NCBI GenBank assembly: GCA_964019425.1
Contig: OZ025790.1
Location: 806,001 to 870,000, forward strand
Origin: Flectonema sp. DT1601
Lineage: Eukaryota
Reading direction: 5' to 3'
Length of the DNA stretch: 64,000 nt
Shown: piece after piece, positions 37,041 through 49,581 of the stretch
Layout: each line of letters starts with the position of its first letter
Numbering within the stretch: the first letter of the stretch is position 1
Notes under the pieces: generated by a model
The model's input: only the letters and a program-made list of their open reading frames with translations
What the model was told of the DNA's origin: nothing
The model's database searches: none
Made by a program: the position numbers and the translations under genes

Positions 37041-37772
37041 TGTGTTGAGGAATGGCTGAAGTGGAGATAAGATAAGAATAGCTAGCGCGCTGTACGCCAT
37101 GTCGAAGAATCAAATAATACACCTCAGCCGCTAACAAAACTGACTCAACAACTCAGAATCATCTTCAGCATCCCATTCATCCCGACATCAGGTGTAGTAT
37201 TTTCACCTCAACTAAATTTGTTGATCCGAAAGCCCGAAAAGCAACTTACCAGAAAAGAAGAATGCAAGAGCCGTTGATCTTGTTCTGTAATTCCTATTGA
37301 GGAGATGAAGTACAATGGGTTCAAGAATCACCTACTCCTTCAGGATTGACACTGAAGAACTGTTGACGCAAAAAAAAAGATACAAAAGAAAAGAAGAACA
37401 TCCGATGCTATTCTGAAAACCTCCACACCTGTGAGTGTCCTCCTCAGGAGGATAGTTTGAAGCGGAAGACTCCCTCTGCTTTGCTATTTACATTTCCCAG
37501 TCCATACTAGTGAAGCAAGTGGAGAAATCCATCAGTCGGTATTTCCAGCAAGTACTTCGATTGTTCGATGAATTAATAAAAGTATTGCACTGACGATCAC
37601 TAGTCGGCATCTATCAGGGGATGAGAATCTCCTCCCGTCGGGTAGGAACATCAGGTTGAAGAAGACAACAAACTTATGACTTCGAAGTAGTATCGTGCTC
37701 GAGTGTTGGAACTTCTTATCGATAGATATAATTATTATAAGTTGAGCATCACAAGATAGATTATAAATAATA

Positions 37773-38627
37773 TTAAGCGTTCTTCGCTTTGGTATTTATG
37801 TCAATAGTTTCTTCGTTTTGTTTGTTTTGTTGTGAAGTTTCTTCGTGTGCTGCTTTTCGCAAATCAGCCATCTGTGATGAGTAGTCTTTCGTGATTTCAA
37901 GTGCTTCCCTTTTTTGATTGGCGTTTTCGTAGTCTGCTTGTGTTCTATAATCGTATTCCTTTTTACTATAAATATTACCGCGTCTCTTTTGAACGTGAAA
38001 GGGTTGAAGAAACTCTTCTAAAGGACTGGGACCAGGTGCCCTTGTTATGTTGTGCATTTCAGTTTTTTTTAATAATGTTAAGCCCTCTTGAGTTGAGTGA
38101 ACAGATGAAAACTTTATTAATAAAATTAATCTACTGAATGACACAACGCATGCAAGGCCTGTAGCAACAGTGGAAAATACACAAGCTGCGAGCATTGGAT
38201 AGTGTACTCCCTGTTGCAAACAGCAGTTAGCACTGACGTCACCTCCGTCTCTCGAATAGTGAACAGTTACCTCATTTCCTACCTTAGTAACATCATTATA
38301 TAATGGGTTGGTAGGTAATAAGAATTCACCAACATCAGTGGAATTCAAACCACTAGCGAGTATTCTATCTCCTATAAAACTCTTTGGTCCCAATCGCCAA
38401 GCGTATTTTATATCCCAGAATCCGAAACCTAGGTAACTAGCTTTTATAATTTTGCCTTTTCTCTGGGCCGTATAAGAATTTGTTTTGTGTCCTTGTGCTA
38501 TTGTTAAGTAGCAAGTTATCCCGCATTGACATGATGCAAGGCCGAACACCCATGAAGCTATAAGATACGGGAAACTAGCAAACTGTGATACAGATGGTGC
38601 CCCCCAAAACTGAGTCCTGGCTGCCAT
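37773..38627 (-). CDS. Hypothetical membrane protein, 284 aa
   Basis: ATG after an A-run, two hydrophobic segments, charged C-terminus. Confidence 0.75.
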   Translation of the reverse strand: MAARTQFWGAPSVSQFASFPYLIASWVFGLASCQCGITCYLTIAQGHKTNSYTAQRKGKIIKASYLGFGFWDIKYAWRLGPKSFIGDRILASGLNSTDVGEFLLPTNPLYNDVTKVGNEVTVHYSRDGGDVSANCCLQQGVHYPMLAACVFSTVATGLACVVSFSRLILLIKFSSVHSTQEGLTLLKKTEMHNITRAPGPSPLEEFLQPFHVQKRRGNIYSKKEYDYRTQADYENANQKREALEITKDYSSQMADLRKAAHEETSQQNKQNEETIDINTKAKNA

Positions 38628-39102
38628 TTTTTTTTTTTATTTTTTTTTTTATAAAGTATTTTCTGGTAATTGAAAAGTTTGTTAACAAAAAAAAAAAAAC
38701 AAAAAAAAAAAATAATCACTCGAACTGAAACAGGAAGGGAACACAATATAAAAAATAAAAATAAAAAAAAAGAACAAGAATTTGGACAATAAATACATAA
38801 AAATTCACCTTTCTCAATCCTCAATGAAAATAGATAAAAAGGGAACAAAATTCCAACACAAAATAAAGTAGCGTTCATCAGTTGCAGGCATCATCTCAAC
38901 TTCGTGATAGACATATACAGTATTGCGTACTTCACATATACAAGTTGTACTATACAGATGAAAGAAAATAAAAAGGTACAGAAAAGTAAAGAAAAAAAAA
39001 GGAGGAGGAGGGGGGGGAAAATCTAATGCTTTTTAAAAGCGAATAAAAGAGAGAGAAAAATAAAACACAACATAAATAACTAAGAGGGAGGTAATGATAC
39101 AT

Positions 39103-39134
<32 letters not shown>

Positions 39135-39424
39135 CCCTTTCTTTTTAACAACAATCAACTGCGCCAACAGTTGAATTTTTTTTTTTAGAAATAGAGAGGA
39201 ATAAAGGGTAAACAAGAAAAAAAAAAATTAATAATCTTCTCCACGAGAATCTAGAGGAAGGATGTGAAGTAGGCGAATATTATTATTATTATTTGTTTTT
39301 TTCCCCCCGGTTCTTGCTTAATAGGTTACAAACAATAATGAAAAACAGGGAAGAAATAGTTTATTTTTTTTATTTTTTTTTCTTAGTCAAATTTCTATAA
39401 AATAAATAAACAAATAAATAAAAA

Positions 39425-42400
39425 CTATTTTAGTGGCCTAGCCGAACGATCTCTGCTGGCAGCCACCTCAGCGCTAAGTCTAGCGATTCTGCGTTCGAGG
39501 CTCTCTCCCTCAATACTTCCACCAAGCGTTGCAGCAGGCATCGAACTTGCGGCACCAATGCCTGCGATACTTAACGGTGCTGTAATATCAGTAGCGTATT
39601 TCATTGATGAAACACCATACGGAGCTGGTGACACTCCTCTGGGATGAGCAGCAATCGCAGGCCTTCCAACTGGTCGTCCAACACTAAGTGGTCTACCAAC
39701 TCTGACCTCTGAAGGAACAATTGGCATTATAGATCTCGTCTCTCGAAGTGATGGAGAAGACAAACTCGCCGCCACTTCTCTCCTGGCTAGCTCCACAGCA
39801 GCTGACTGCGCTGGTGCATAAGCTACGAGAGCTGAACTTCTAATTGGTGAGCTTTCTCTTGACGACGCACCCAATGTTGGAGCTGCTGCAATACCAACTG
39901 CTGGGACATCCCTCGGAGAACCTCTGATAGGACTCGCCTGTTGGTGTTGTTTATAATGCTGTGTTATTATAATTACACTAGACGAGAGGTAACTTAATAC
40001 TGTAATTATATACAAAGAAACATGAAACTGGCTAAAAGGTTAGTTGCTATGTTTAAACTAACAGTTGGTATCGAACGGAGGGGGGAAAGAAATAAAACAT
40101 ACGACAGTTGCAGTCATTACAGCAGGTGCATTGTTTCCAATAATCCCCTGACGGATGCGTTCAACTGCACTCAGAGTTGACATGTTAACTGGAGGAACAA
40201 TCGAAGCTTGACCACCTCGAGCGATAGACGGAGAGCTTTGCAAGTGGCTCTGGGAAGTTACAACAGATCTTGCTGGTGATGTATGAAGATCATTACCTCC
40301 TCCATTAACAGCATCTTTGAATAAAAGTGTACTTGTTCCTTTAATACGAAGTTCCTTCATGGCATTCTGTAATGCTTCTTTACTGGAAATTGGATTTCCG
40401 TCAACAGCCAACAACTGCATTCCCTCACTAATTCCTGCTCTGTAAGCAGCTCCGTTTGGTGTTACAGACTTCACAACAATCTCTCCGTCATTTCTACCTT
40501 CCCAAAAGAGACCAACTGTTTCCAAGTCTCTGAGCTGCACGACGCAGATTCTCTCTCCGGGGAGGGTTGCTCGGTTTGCCGTTGCCTGTAATTAGATTTT
40601 TATGATTGATGTGAGCAAAAGTTTCCAATAAAACATTAAAAACAAATGTACGAATACAAACCCTATGAGAAGGAGCAGGTGATGTATGCCTTAATGACAA
40701 ACTGTTAGGAGGTGGTATTTCTACAGGAGATTGACTACGAAGAGCACCCCTGTTGGCGGATGCAGGTCCGGATGCTCTTCTGTTTGGAGATCCACGTACT
40801 GGTGATACTGGTCTCCATTGTTCGTCGAATGCATTTAAATCTTTGTGGTGTTTGGCTTCCTTTTCTTCAAGTGCAAGTCGCTGTTCGACGAGTCTGATTT
40901 CCTGTTCTAGGATTGGTCTCTCTTCACCATTGAGAGCATTTCTTCTTTTCTTCAATTCCTCACTCTCCTCCTGAAGTTGTCTCAGTTGCTTCTCCATGTC
41001 AGTGACATCTGCTCCAGCATTCTCTAAATTGTTCTTCGCATCCTGAAGTGCGGCCTGTTGTTTAGCAACTCTGTTAGCTGCTTCAGCCTTTGCACGTTCT
41101 TGTGCTCCAGTATTACGACGAGCGTCAAGTAAGTGTTGTTGAGTTTCACGTCTTCTCTGCTCTTTAACTTTCTTAACATTGTCGAGAGTTACTTCAGCAT
41201 CTTGAACAGCAGCTTCTGCTCTCTTTACTTCAGTGTCGGCGATTTCCTTCTCGCGGGTAGCTGCGAATTGTAATTCTTCAGCATCTGAGTACTCTTGTTG
41301 AGTTCTCTTTACATTCTCCTGTTGCTGGATGCAGGTGTTGCGCTGCTCTTCAAGAAGACGTTGTAATTCCAACAGCCGTTCCTCAGCGCGCTTTGACTCC
41401 GTTTCGGCAGCGAGAACTCGAGACTTCTGTCTGTCGACTTCGCGATCAGTTCTGAGCAAGTCAGCACCTGACTGTCTTTCACGTTGTCTTTGCTTTTCCA
41501 GGTCAGAAGCTCTGTCTTTGAGAGCATTCTCAGCATGGGCAACTAAAGCAGTTTGTAGTCTTTGAGCAGTTCTTTGACTGTCTTCACTAATCTCATGACA
41601 CCATCCACGTGGTACATTGTGTCCTTCACATTCCATACTGATGAGTGCAGCATTAGGGAGATTTCCGTCAGTTGCTTGTTCTTTGATTTTAAATGCAGCG
41701 AATGGGGGGAGGAGGAGCTCAGCTTCTTTTGGGTATTTACTAATCTCTTGTAATGCTACTCCCCATCTACAAGACCCAACAAGGAATAGAATTGATCCTC
41801 CAGATGATCTGGTAGCATTAGCTGCGTCACCTCTGATATAAGATTCACTAACTTCCCTATCGAAGGCACATGATGAAGCTGAAGGCCAATGAAGAGGTTC
41901 ATCAACACCCATTGCTCTGTGTGCTGCTAAGACTTCAGCAGGTAATCCAGCAAGCCCTCTGTACAGCATTTCTGTTGGATCCGATCCGTTCTGTTGAGTA
42001 CAAATTGAAATTAACAGTCCGATATACTTCACCCACTTGCAGCATGTCTCCCAAGCTTCAATCCCATCAGCCTGATCTCTCTTTTTAGGATCCGCTGCTG
42101 TTCTCATCGCCCAGTTAATTGCGCTGAAAACTGCTCCGTTTCTCTCTTTGCCGTACTGTTTGACGTAGTTTTCCCAAGGGGTTGGGTTTTGTTCGTCATA
42201 TGTTGGGACATTATCGAAGGTGACGAGAGCGTCAATATCAGGGCCAGCCATAGTGTATATTGTCATACACAAAAGTTCTATTCTGTTATACTTTGGGTAC
42301 GCATCTCCTTTAACTTGTTGTAAATAACGTGAAGCTTCTGCAATGACAGCGAGTTTAGAATGGACTGTTTCTGGTGCTTTTATGTTGGAGATTAATTCGT

Positions 42401-43043
42401 CGACGACGTCACCTGGTTTGCGTCTCCATTCAGTTGCGATGCGATCAACGAAGTCGTGAATGTCTTGTTCGGATATTGAAGAGTACTGCTGATCTTTTTT
42501 TTCTGCACAAACACCTTTAGCTGCTGTGCCTAAAGCACTCGCTACTTGATCAGCTTGTCTTGTTGATACTTCATGACGCTCTGATTCATCAGACATGCGA
42601 GCAGCTGCTTCTTGTTCACGTTGTTTATCAAGAAGTCCAGTTTGTGATTGAAGATCAATTTCTGCTTGTTGGAGTTCATCCATTGAAGTTTGAAGATTTT
42701 CTTGCATCTTATCCTGCGTTGATAATGATGACGTGAGTTGCTCTCCAGCAGTTTGGACTGCTGACATGTGTGTCTCAGCAGTCTTTCTATCATTTAATCT
42801 GTGGAATAAACATTCCATTAATTTTGGATATTGTTCTCCGAGATACCTAAACTCAGCCATGCTTAGCCTGCCGTCACTATTATTATCACATCTCTCAAAT
42901 AAGTGAATTATCGTGGAACTGCTGAATTCTACTTCTAATGATCGAAGACTTTCTTCAAAGTCAGAAGTTGTCGGCGTGTCCATTCCTCTGCTGAAAGATT
43001 GAAACACGACCCTCGTCATCTCATCGAGTCCGTGTCGAGACAT
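39425..43043 (-). CDS. BILBO1-like EF-hand/coiled-coil protein with inserted ADP-ribosyltransferase domain and PDZ domain, 3 exons
   Basis: GT-AG introns 40586-40661 and 39938-40102 join three ORFs in frame. EF-hand DNNSDGRLSMAEF; ART motifs LYRGL, SASSC, YPKEAELLLPP; PDZ VKSVTPNGAAYRAGISEGMQLLAVDG. Confidence 0.85.
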
Positions 43044-43416
43044 TTTTTTTTTTTTTTTTTAAGAACTACCCTTTGAATAGAAAACAACTTGACTACTAAA
43101 TAATAATAATGTGTTTGGTCAAATCTCCATTCTTACAGACCACTTTTCAGCTTCAACATGTTCCCTTCTGGATTGTAAAGAAACTTAATTGCGACGATCA
43201 AAAAATTCATTTGTGGTATCCAATAACTGAAAAGTTAAGAGGAAAAAACAAGGGGGAGAGACATTTACTGTGGTATAATAAGAAGGAACTAATGCTTGTT
43301 ATTTTCTTTTTTCTTTTCTTTTATTCTTCTTTTTTTTTTTTTTTTATAAAATTAAATATAAAACAGATGTGTAAATTGAATCATAAAAGTTTAAGAGAGT
43401 ACCATCGCAATGATTT

Positions 43417-44849
43417 TCATTTGTGTTCTTCTTCTTCTTCGTCTTCGGCTTCCTCTTCTTCCTCTTCCTCTTCTTCATCGTCGTCTTCGAGGTCCGCTTC
43501 TCCATCGCCTTGAGGGGCAGAACTGCCAAAGACTGTGATACCTGATGCATCCCACTGTTCTCGGAGAGGCATGTGGACACCACCCATCCAAGAAGGGATG
43601 ACTGTCTTGGGTAACGTCCCAGAACGAATCAAAACAAAGAAAGTGAGTCCCATGACCAAAGCACACAATATAATACTGAGACCTACGATTGTGTCTTTCA
43701 GGGTTCCACGAAATGAACTGTTTTCTTCTTCAGATTTACTTTTTATAACCGAACCGTATCCAATACGAATGATGTCCTCCTCTGCATTGTCTTCTCTCAT
43801 CGACAATCCAGCAAAGGTTTGACTCTTTTCAGGTCTTATTAATGTCCGTTTATATATTTTTCTCCCAGAACGAGGCATTACAAGTCTGGCGTTACCATGA
43901 GGCGGGGGTGTGACTTTGGCTTGTCCACGAAGCAGAGCATCAACTGCTTTTTTTTTAATAAAACGGACTCTACCACTGACAAGCCATGTAACTTCTTCAA
44001 GACACGGTGGATACGTTTCTGATCCTTCGTAGGTGTATATGGAATCGTGTGTTAGATCAACTTGCGGAACAAATAAAAAAAGATATAAAGCATCTTCCTT
44101 CTCAGGTAGTTTTGAGAAATGATCAGTGACCTGGGTAATGATATCAGGTCCCATGTTTTTTTCTCTCAAAAGATCAGATTCATCAACTTCATGATTACCG
44201 ACCACGTCGTATAGTAATGATATTCTAATCTGTTTTGGTCTTTGTGACCAAGGCTTTGATTTGTCTGAGTGAGAACCATCAGCTGGCTTGAATATCAACT
44301 GCTGTTCCACAGCATGTCTTACTCCGTTTATAAGATGCTCTGCTGGTAACTTATGAAGTACATCAGTTAGAACCATTTGATCATCCATGAGTGAGGTTAT
44401 TAACATCAGTTTAGATCGTTGCATCTGAACAACAATATTATGACCATCATTAATTATATAGTCGTAGTCAATACCTCCAGGTTGAGTTGCTTCTGGAGGA
44501 ACGTAGTTCAAGAGATGTAAAAAAGCAGGTTTTTTCAACTCTGTTTCAGAATCAACTATATCAATGGGTGATTGAGCTTGACCAGTACACTCCTTAAATG
44601 GAAATGCTATGTTCGTACAGCTGCCTTCACCTGAAACACATGTCTCTTCAGTACTTCGAGATGCCCATGACCAGGGTCCGTCGCTTTTACTTGGGTCTGT
44701 TTTTTTATTTTATTTTTTTTTTAAAAAAAGCGGTAGATACATGCTTTGAGCTTATACATACCGTAACTCCATCCTGGAAGTGATTCCTGACATACAACAA
44801 CAACCACACAACTCAGGTGCAATATCAACAACAACGAGAATAAATTCAT
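43417..44849 (-). CDS. Alpha-carbonic-anhydrase-like type I membrane protein, probably catalytically inactive, 2 exons
   Basis: Signal peptide + WSY, intron 44697-44761, GPWSW, QSPIDI, YEGSETYPPCLEEVTW, GNAR, TM helix, acidic tail. Confidence 0.88.
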
Positions 44850-45646
44850 TTTTAGAAAAGTTTTTTTTTTCTTTTTATTATTATTTTATATATTGAGAGA
44901 TGAAGGCCATCAATATTCTTCTCAAAAAAAAAAAAAGAGAGAAGGGGAAAAAAAAAAAAAAATATTCCTGTCAGAAGCAAAATAATCATTAAACTAGCTA
45001 CGCACTGAAAATACTTCCATTTCGTCATATCGCAAGTCTGCGACGATCTGCTTCAGACTGTGGGAGAGAAGTGATAAGTAACTAGGGGAGGCAGTATGAA
45101 TGAAACTAACACCACTTTCTATTGGTCACATATGTCTTATGCATGTTGCCGCTGAAGGTCTGGTAATTCTTTAATTAAATTGATGGTACAATATGAGGAT
45201 AAAAAAAAAATTAGAAGAAAACATTTATCCAGCGTCAAAATCAAAAATCAAAAATAATTGGATTCCAGAAACGCGGACCTTTACAATTAAAAAAAAAACA
45301 ACAGATTTTTTTTTTTTTTTTTAATTTTTTTAAAAAAAACCAAACAGACAGAAGGTTTTGTCCAACGGGCAGCTGTGCCGCAGAAGCGTGCACAATTTTT
45401 TTTTTTTTTTCAAAAAAAGAAAAAAGTAAAATTATTATTGTCTATTTAGTATCTCGCAGTTTCCCGCGAGATGACACGAACTTCGTTATTTCTAAACAAG
45501 ATGACCGACGTCATCTACACGATTGAAATGGAAGGTGGCCAGATAGCGAGCTACGGAGACAGCAGCTCAAAAAGATTCTTACAACCTTGTTGCATGAATC
45601 ATAATCAAAACACTTCTTTCTCAGTTGCATACAGGTATTACCATCA

Positions 45647-48600
45647 TCATGTTTTTTGTTTTTTTATTATCTTCCTGACGGGTTTTGATTGTCTCACATT
45701 CTTACTGTATAATCGTTGGTACGCAAACCTCTGTAACGACCTGAAGTAGGTCCCAAGAACCAATCGATTATGCATCCATAGTAGTGCGAGAGATATAGAA
45801 CTCTTTATTGAACATATTGACTTGTGATTAATAGTGTCAGCAGCATACAACCACCATTTTGAAAAGAATTTTTCCAAAATCGATCGGGATGTTGATTTTC
45901 GCAACTCAGTAACAACAATACATTGAAGTCGACTAGCTTCTTCTTGCCAACACAGACGAGCAGACTTTTCAGCTTCGAGACGTGATCTTGCTGATGAAAT
46001 CCACAGCTTCATCTGCTCTACTCCATTCACATGTTCTGACGTAGCGGAATAGAATGATGTGTTTGTATCTGGAGATCTATTCATCATCACATTTTGTAAA
46101 AGTGGTGTACCACTATAACTAACTGTTGGTGTATCAGCTTTAGCAGAGTACAGTGATTCCCCTGCAGGTGTCGTATGTTGTTCATCGGAAAAGTTTATTG
46201 CTGTTGTCTTGTCGGGTGTCGATAAGTTGAATCCGTCTGTGGAATCCGTTGTTTCATTGAGAGTGAAGTTACTTACATGACCCGCAGACTGACTGTTGTC
46301 AACCACTACTTTGTTAACCTTCACCTTGTCTGTGGAATCAGTTGTTTCATTGAGAGTGAAGTTACTTACATGACCCGCAGACTGACTGTTGTCAACCACT
46401 ACTTTGTTAACCTTCACCTTGTCTGTGGAATCAGTTGTTTCATTGAGAGTGAAGTTACTTACATGACCCGCAGACTGACTGTTGTCAACCACTACTTTGT
46501 TAACCTTCACCTTGTCTGTGGAATCCGTTGTTTTATTGAGAGTGAAGTTATTTACATGACCGGCAAACTGACTGTTGTCAACCACTACTTTGTTAACCTT
46601 CACCTTGTCTGTGGAATCCGTTGTTTTATTGAGAGTGAAGTTATTTACATGACCGGCAAACTGACTGTTGTCAACCACTACTTTGTTAACCTTCACCTTG
46701 TCTGTGGAATCCGTTGCATTAATAACGATTTCAGAGTGGACATCACTTTCATGAGATGAGAGACACACTCCACTATTTGTAGAAACATAATTCCTGATGA
46801 GTGTTGTAGAGGTTGAGGTAGGCTTCATATGTGATGGTAGACTGTCCGTTGTCAACTGCCTGCTGTCTGACTGATTGTTATCTTCTTTATTAGTGGCTAA
46901 CTCGCCGTTATATCTGTCTGAAGAGTTGGCTGTGTTGTTATCGAGTGTGAATTTGTGGTGACTGTTGCCAAGGATCACTTCGTTAGTTTTCAACTCATCG
47001 TCTTCATTGGAAGTTGACCTGCCGTTGAATCTGTCTGTGCAATCAGTTGCTTTATTGAGAGTGGGTTTATTTACAGAAATTACCGACTGCCTGGTGACGG
47101 TGTCTCCATTATTTGAATATACCGATTCATCAGGTCTTATAAAACTATTTCGTATTCTATCATTCTCCTCATCAACTACAATACAACCCCCTCCTCTATT
47201 TTCATCATTAAGTCTGCTGGAGTTACATTCCTCAGGTGGGAATTGATATTCTGCCTCACCCGTTATCAGAGCTGTTGGTGTGACTCCTTTATTCCCTACT
47301 TTAAGAGGTATTCGAATATCAGGTTTCACATGTGAGAATTGATGTGCTTCAGTAGAACTGTTTTTAGATACGATTATTGGAAGTTGTTTTTTATTTGATG
47401 AATCTGATCCAATATGATGATGTGTTAATTGATTTAAAGACTTTAGAGTATCAGGTATCACATGTGAGAACTGATGCTGTCCACAATAATCATCCTCCTC
47501 CTTAGAAGAGTTATTTCCAACATTAGAAAACCTTTTTAACGTCGATCTGTAAGTTGTGTTATTGCTGGCCTTTCGAATAACAGATTTCGGTTGGACGCTT
47601 AATTTTTGTCTCAGGGATGACGGACTCGGAATGATATTATCATAACTATTTGTGTGTCTCGAGGGTAGAAAACAATCATCATCTGAATCCCTGCATCCTA
47701 GATTATGGTGTTGGATATTACTACGTTTCTGAACACCTGGTTCACTAACGATTTCTTCGTTAGCATTTTTATCAAAATTAGAAATGTTTACGTGAAGTAA
47801 TCCTTGTTGAACTGTCGCCTCATTAAAGTTTAACGCAGCTTCTGATAGTGGTATTGGTTTTGAGTAGTGTGATTGTATAGTTTCAGATCGGATTAATTCA
47901 AGAACTTGTTGAGGACTGAAACTCTCATCCGGATATACTCCGAAATACTTTAAACATTCTATACAACCATCCTTGTAGATATCTCGTTCTATTGATGTTG
48001 TTAGGTCTGAAGGTATTTGTTCATTAGTTTCCTTTGGTTGGGATATTTCCTTTAAATTCGTGTCGTGTTCTTGAGACCATCCAAAGAGGGTTTTGTTCCC
48101 ACCAGATGACCATATCGTTGATACTTTTGTTGTTTTTACTGTTGACATTGACATGATAGGAGTTCCATTCTTGTTCTTTGATAATTTCTTATAACTACGA
48201 CCACCCCACGTACTTACAGTTCCATCCCACGAACTTGCCCAAACCCTGTCAGGTATGTAAACCAAACTACTGATTTTATTTTTATGAGAATCAAGTTTTG
48301 CTAAACAAAGTTGACTCTGAATTCCCCAAACAAATATATTTCCACTAGCATGACCAGTCCACAATCGACGTCCACAGTCTGATAATGTCATTGCTGTAGG
48401 ATTTGGTTGCTTACACCAATGCGTCGGTTTAGTTGCTTTCAAATCATGATCACATATAAAAGTAAATATTCCTTTTGATGATCCAACGAAGAGAGTTGAA
48501 TCTAATATTGACATACATGTTATACCTGTATCTGAAAGTCTCAGTTTGCGTAATATGTTTTGAGAAGTTGAATCCCATTGAAGTATGTAAGAGCTTTCAT

Positions 48601-48958
48601 AGGATGCGAAAACAGTTTTCGTTTTATCAGATGAAATTAAATTCACAACACCTGATAAATTATTATGACCAAGATGAGGATACACCTCACCGATTACATT
48701 ATAAGAAGTCGAATGATGTATTTCAATAACGCCCGATGATAAACCAATCCACACACAGTGATTATGGATGGTAAAACATCTTATACGTACTCCTGTGTAG
48801 GTTCTTTTTAATTTTATGTCGCCTGTGATGACGTCTCTTATGGTAAGGCCACCATCCCTGTCACCCAACCAGACATCGTTACCAGAAGCTACCAAACATG
48901 TGATGTCACAGCCTGGACCATCTTTTATTATTGTGCAGGCCTGGCCTGGGGCCTTCAT
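45647..48958 (-). CDS. WD40-like beta-propeller protein with long low-complexity region (3' end uncertain)
   Basis: N-terminal WD-like repeats (VWLGDRDG, LWTGHASG, VWASSWDGTVSTW); 1103-aa ORF. Confidence 0.85.
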   Translation of the reverse strand: MKAPGQACTIIKDGPGCDITCLVASGNDVWLGDRDGGLTIRDVITGDIKLKRTYTGVRIRCFTIHNHCVWIGLSSGVIEIHHSTSYNVIGEVYPHLGHNNLSGVVNLISSDKTKTVFASYESSYILQWDSTSQNILRKLRLSDTGITCMSILDSTLFVGSSKGIFTFICDHDLKATKPTHWCKQPNPTAMTLSDCGRRLWTGHASGNIFVWGIQSQLCLAKLDSHKNKISSLVYIPDRVWASSWDGTVSTWGGRSYKKLSKNKNGTPIMSMSTVKTTKVSTIWSSGGNKTLFGWSQEHDTNLKEISQPKETNEQIPSDLTTSIERDIYKDGCIECLKYFGVYPDESFSPQQVLELIRSETIQSHYSKPIPLSEAALNFNEATVQQGLLHVNISNFDKNANEEIVSEPGVQKRSNIQHHNLGCRDSDDDCFLPSRHTNSYDNIIPSPSSLRQKLSVQPKSVIRKASNNTTYRSTLKRFSNVGNNSSKEEDDYCGQHQFSHVIPDTLKSLNQLTHHHIGSDSSNKKQLPIIVSKNSSTEAHQFSHVKPDIRIPLKVGNKGVTPTALITGEAEYQFPPEECNSSRLNDENRGGGCIVVDEENDRIRNSFIRPDESVYSNNGDTVTRQSVISVNKPTLNKATDCTDRFNGRSTSNEDDELKTNEVILGNSHHKFTLDNNTANSSDRYNGELATNKEDNNQSDSRQLTTDSLPSHMKPTSTSTTLIRNYVSTNSGVCLSSHESDVHSEIVINATDSTDKVKVNKVVVDNSQFAGHVNNFTLNKTTDSTDKVKVNKVVVDNSQFAGHVNNFTLNKTTDSTDKVKVNKVVVDNSQSAGHVSNFTLNETTDSTDKVKVNKVVVDNSQSAGHVSNFTLNETTDSTDKVKVNKVVVDNSQSAGHVSNFTLNETTDSTDGFNLSTPDKTTAINFSDEQHTTPAGESLYSAKADTPTVSYSGTPLLQNVMMNRSPDTNTSFYSATSEHVNGVEQMKLWISSARSRLEAEKSARLCWQEEASRLQCIVVTELRKSTSRSILEKFFSKWWLYAADTINHKSICSIKSSISLALLWMHNRLVLGTYFRSLQRFAYQRLYSKNVRQSKPVRKIIKKQKT
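46235..46715 (-). repeat. Coding tandem repeat, 93 bp (31 aa) x5
   Basis: gtctgtggaatc recurs at 46235, 46328, 46421, 46514, 46607 and 46700. Confidence 0.95.
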
Positions 48959-49581
48959 GGCAAAAAAAAACTACGAGAAATAGAATTTTAAAAAAAACCA
49001 AAAAAAAAAAGAAAATCTCTTTTTAATTCTATCACACAACACTATTATGGGAAACCGATCATATAAACTTGAATACTGTGGGTGAGAAAAAATTTAAAAA
49101 AAAAAATTTTTAAAAAAAAAAAAACTATTTAAAAAAAACTGGTTGTCATGATCTTTCGTTAAGGCAATATGGTACTTGGGCAATTAAGAAACAAAAAAAA
49201 AAAAAAAAAAAAAAACAGATGAGCCTTAATCAGAAGGGGTTAGCTAATTCAGATAAGAGACCCTGATGCAATGCATCGATACAATTCTAAAATTCTCTAA
49301 AGAGAATAAAATAACACAAAAGAGACATACATGCGGGAAGTTTTTTTTTTTTTGCACTTTCACCGCAAAACCCAATTGTGAATTCCACGAATTGTTAAAA
49401 GAAAAAAAAAAAAAAAAAAAACAGCCCAGAAATAACAAAATGCTAATAAAAAAGAATCAGATCCTGGGTTTCCACAGAAACCAGGACAAAATAGTAATAA
49501 ATTTGTCCCGCCTTATGGATCATCACGCTATGGTTACAGAGTACTGAAAATGGATAAAATTGAATCTCTAAAGAAAACACA

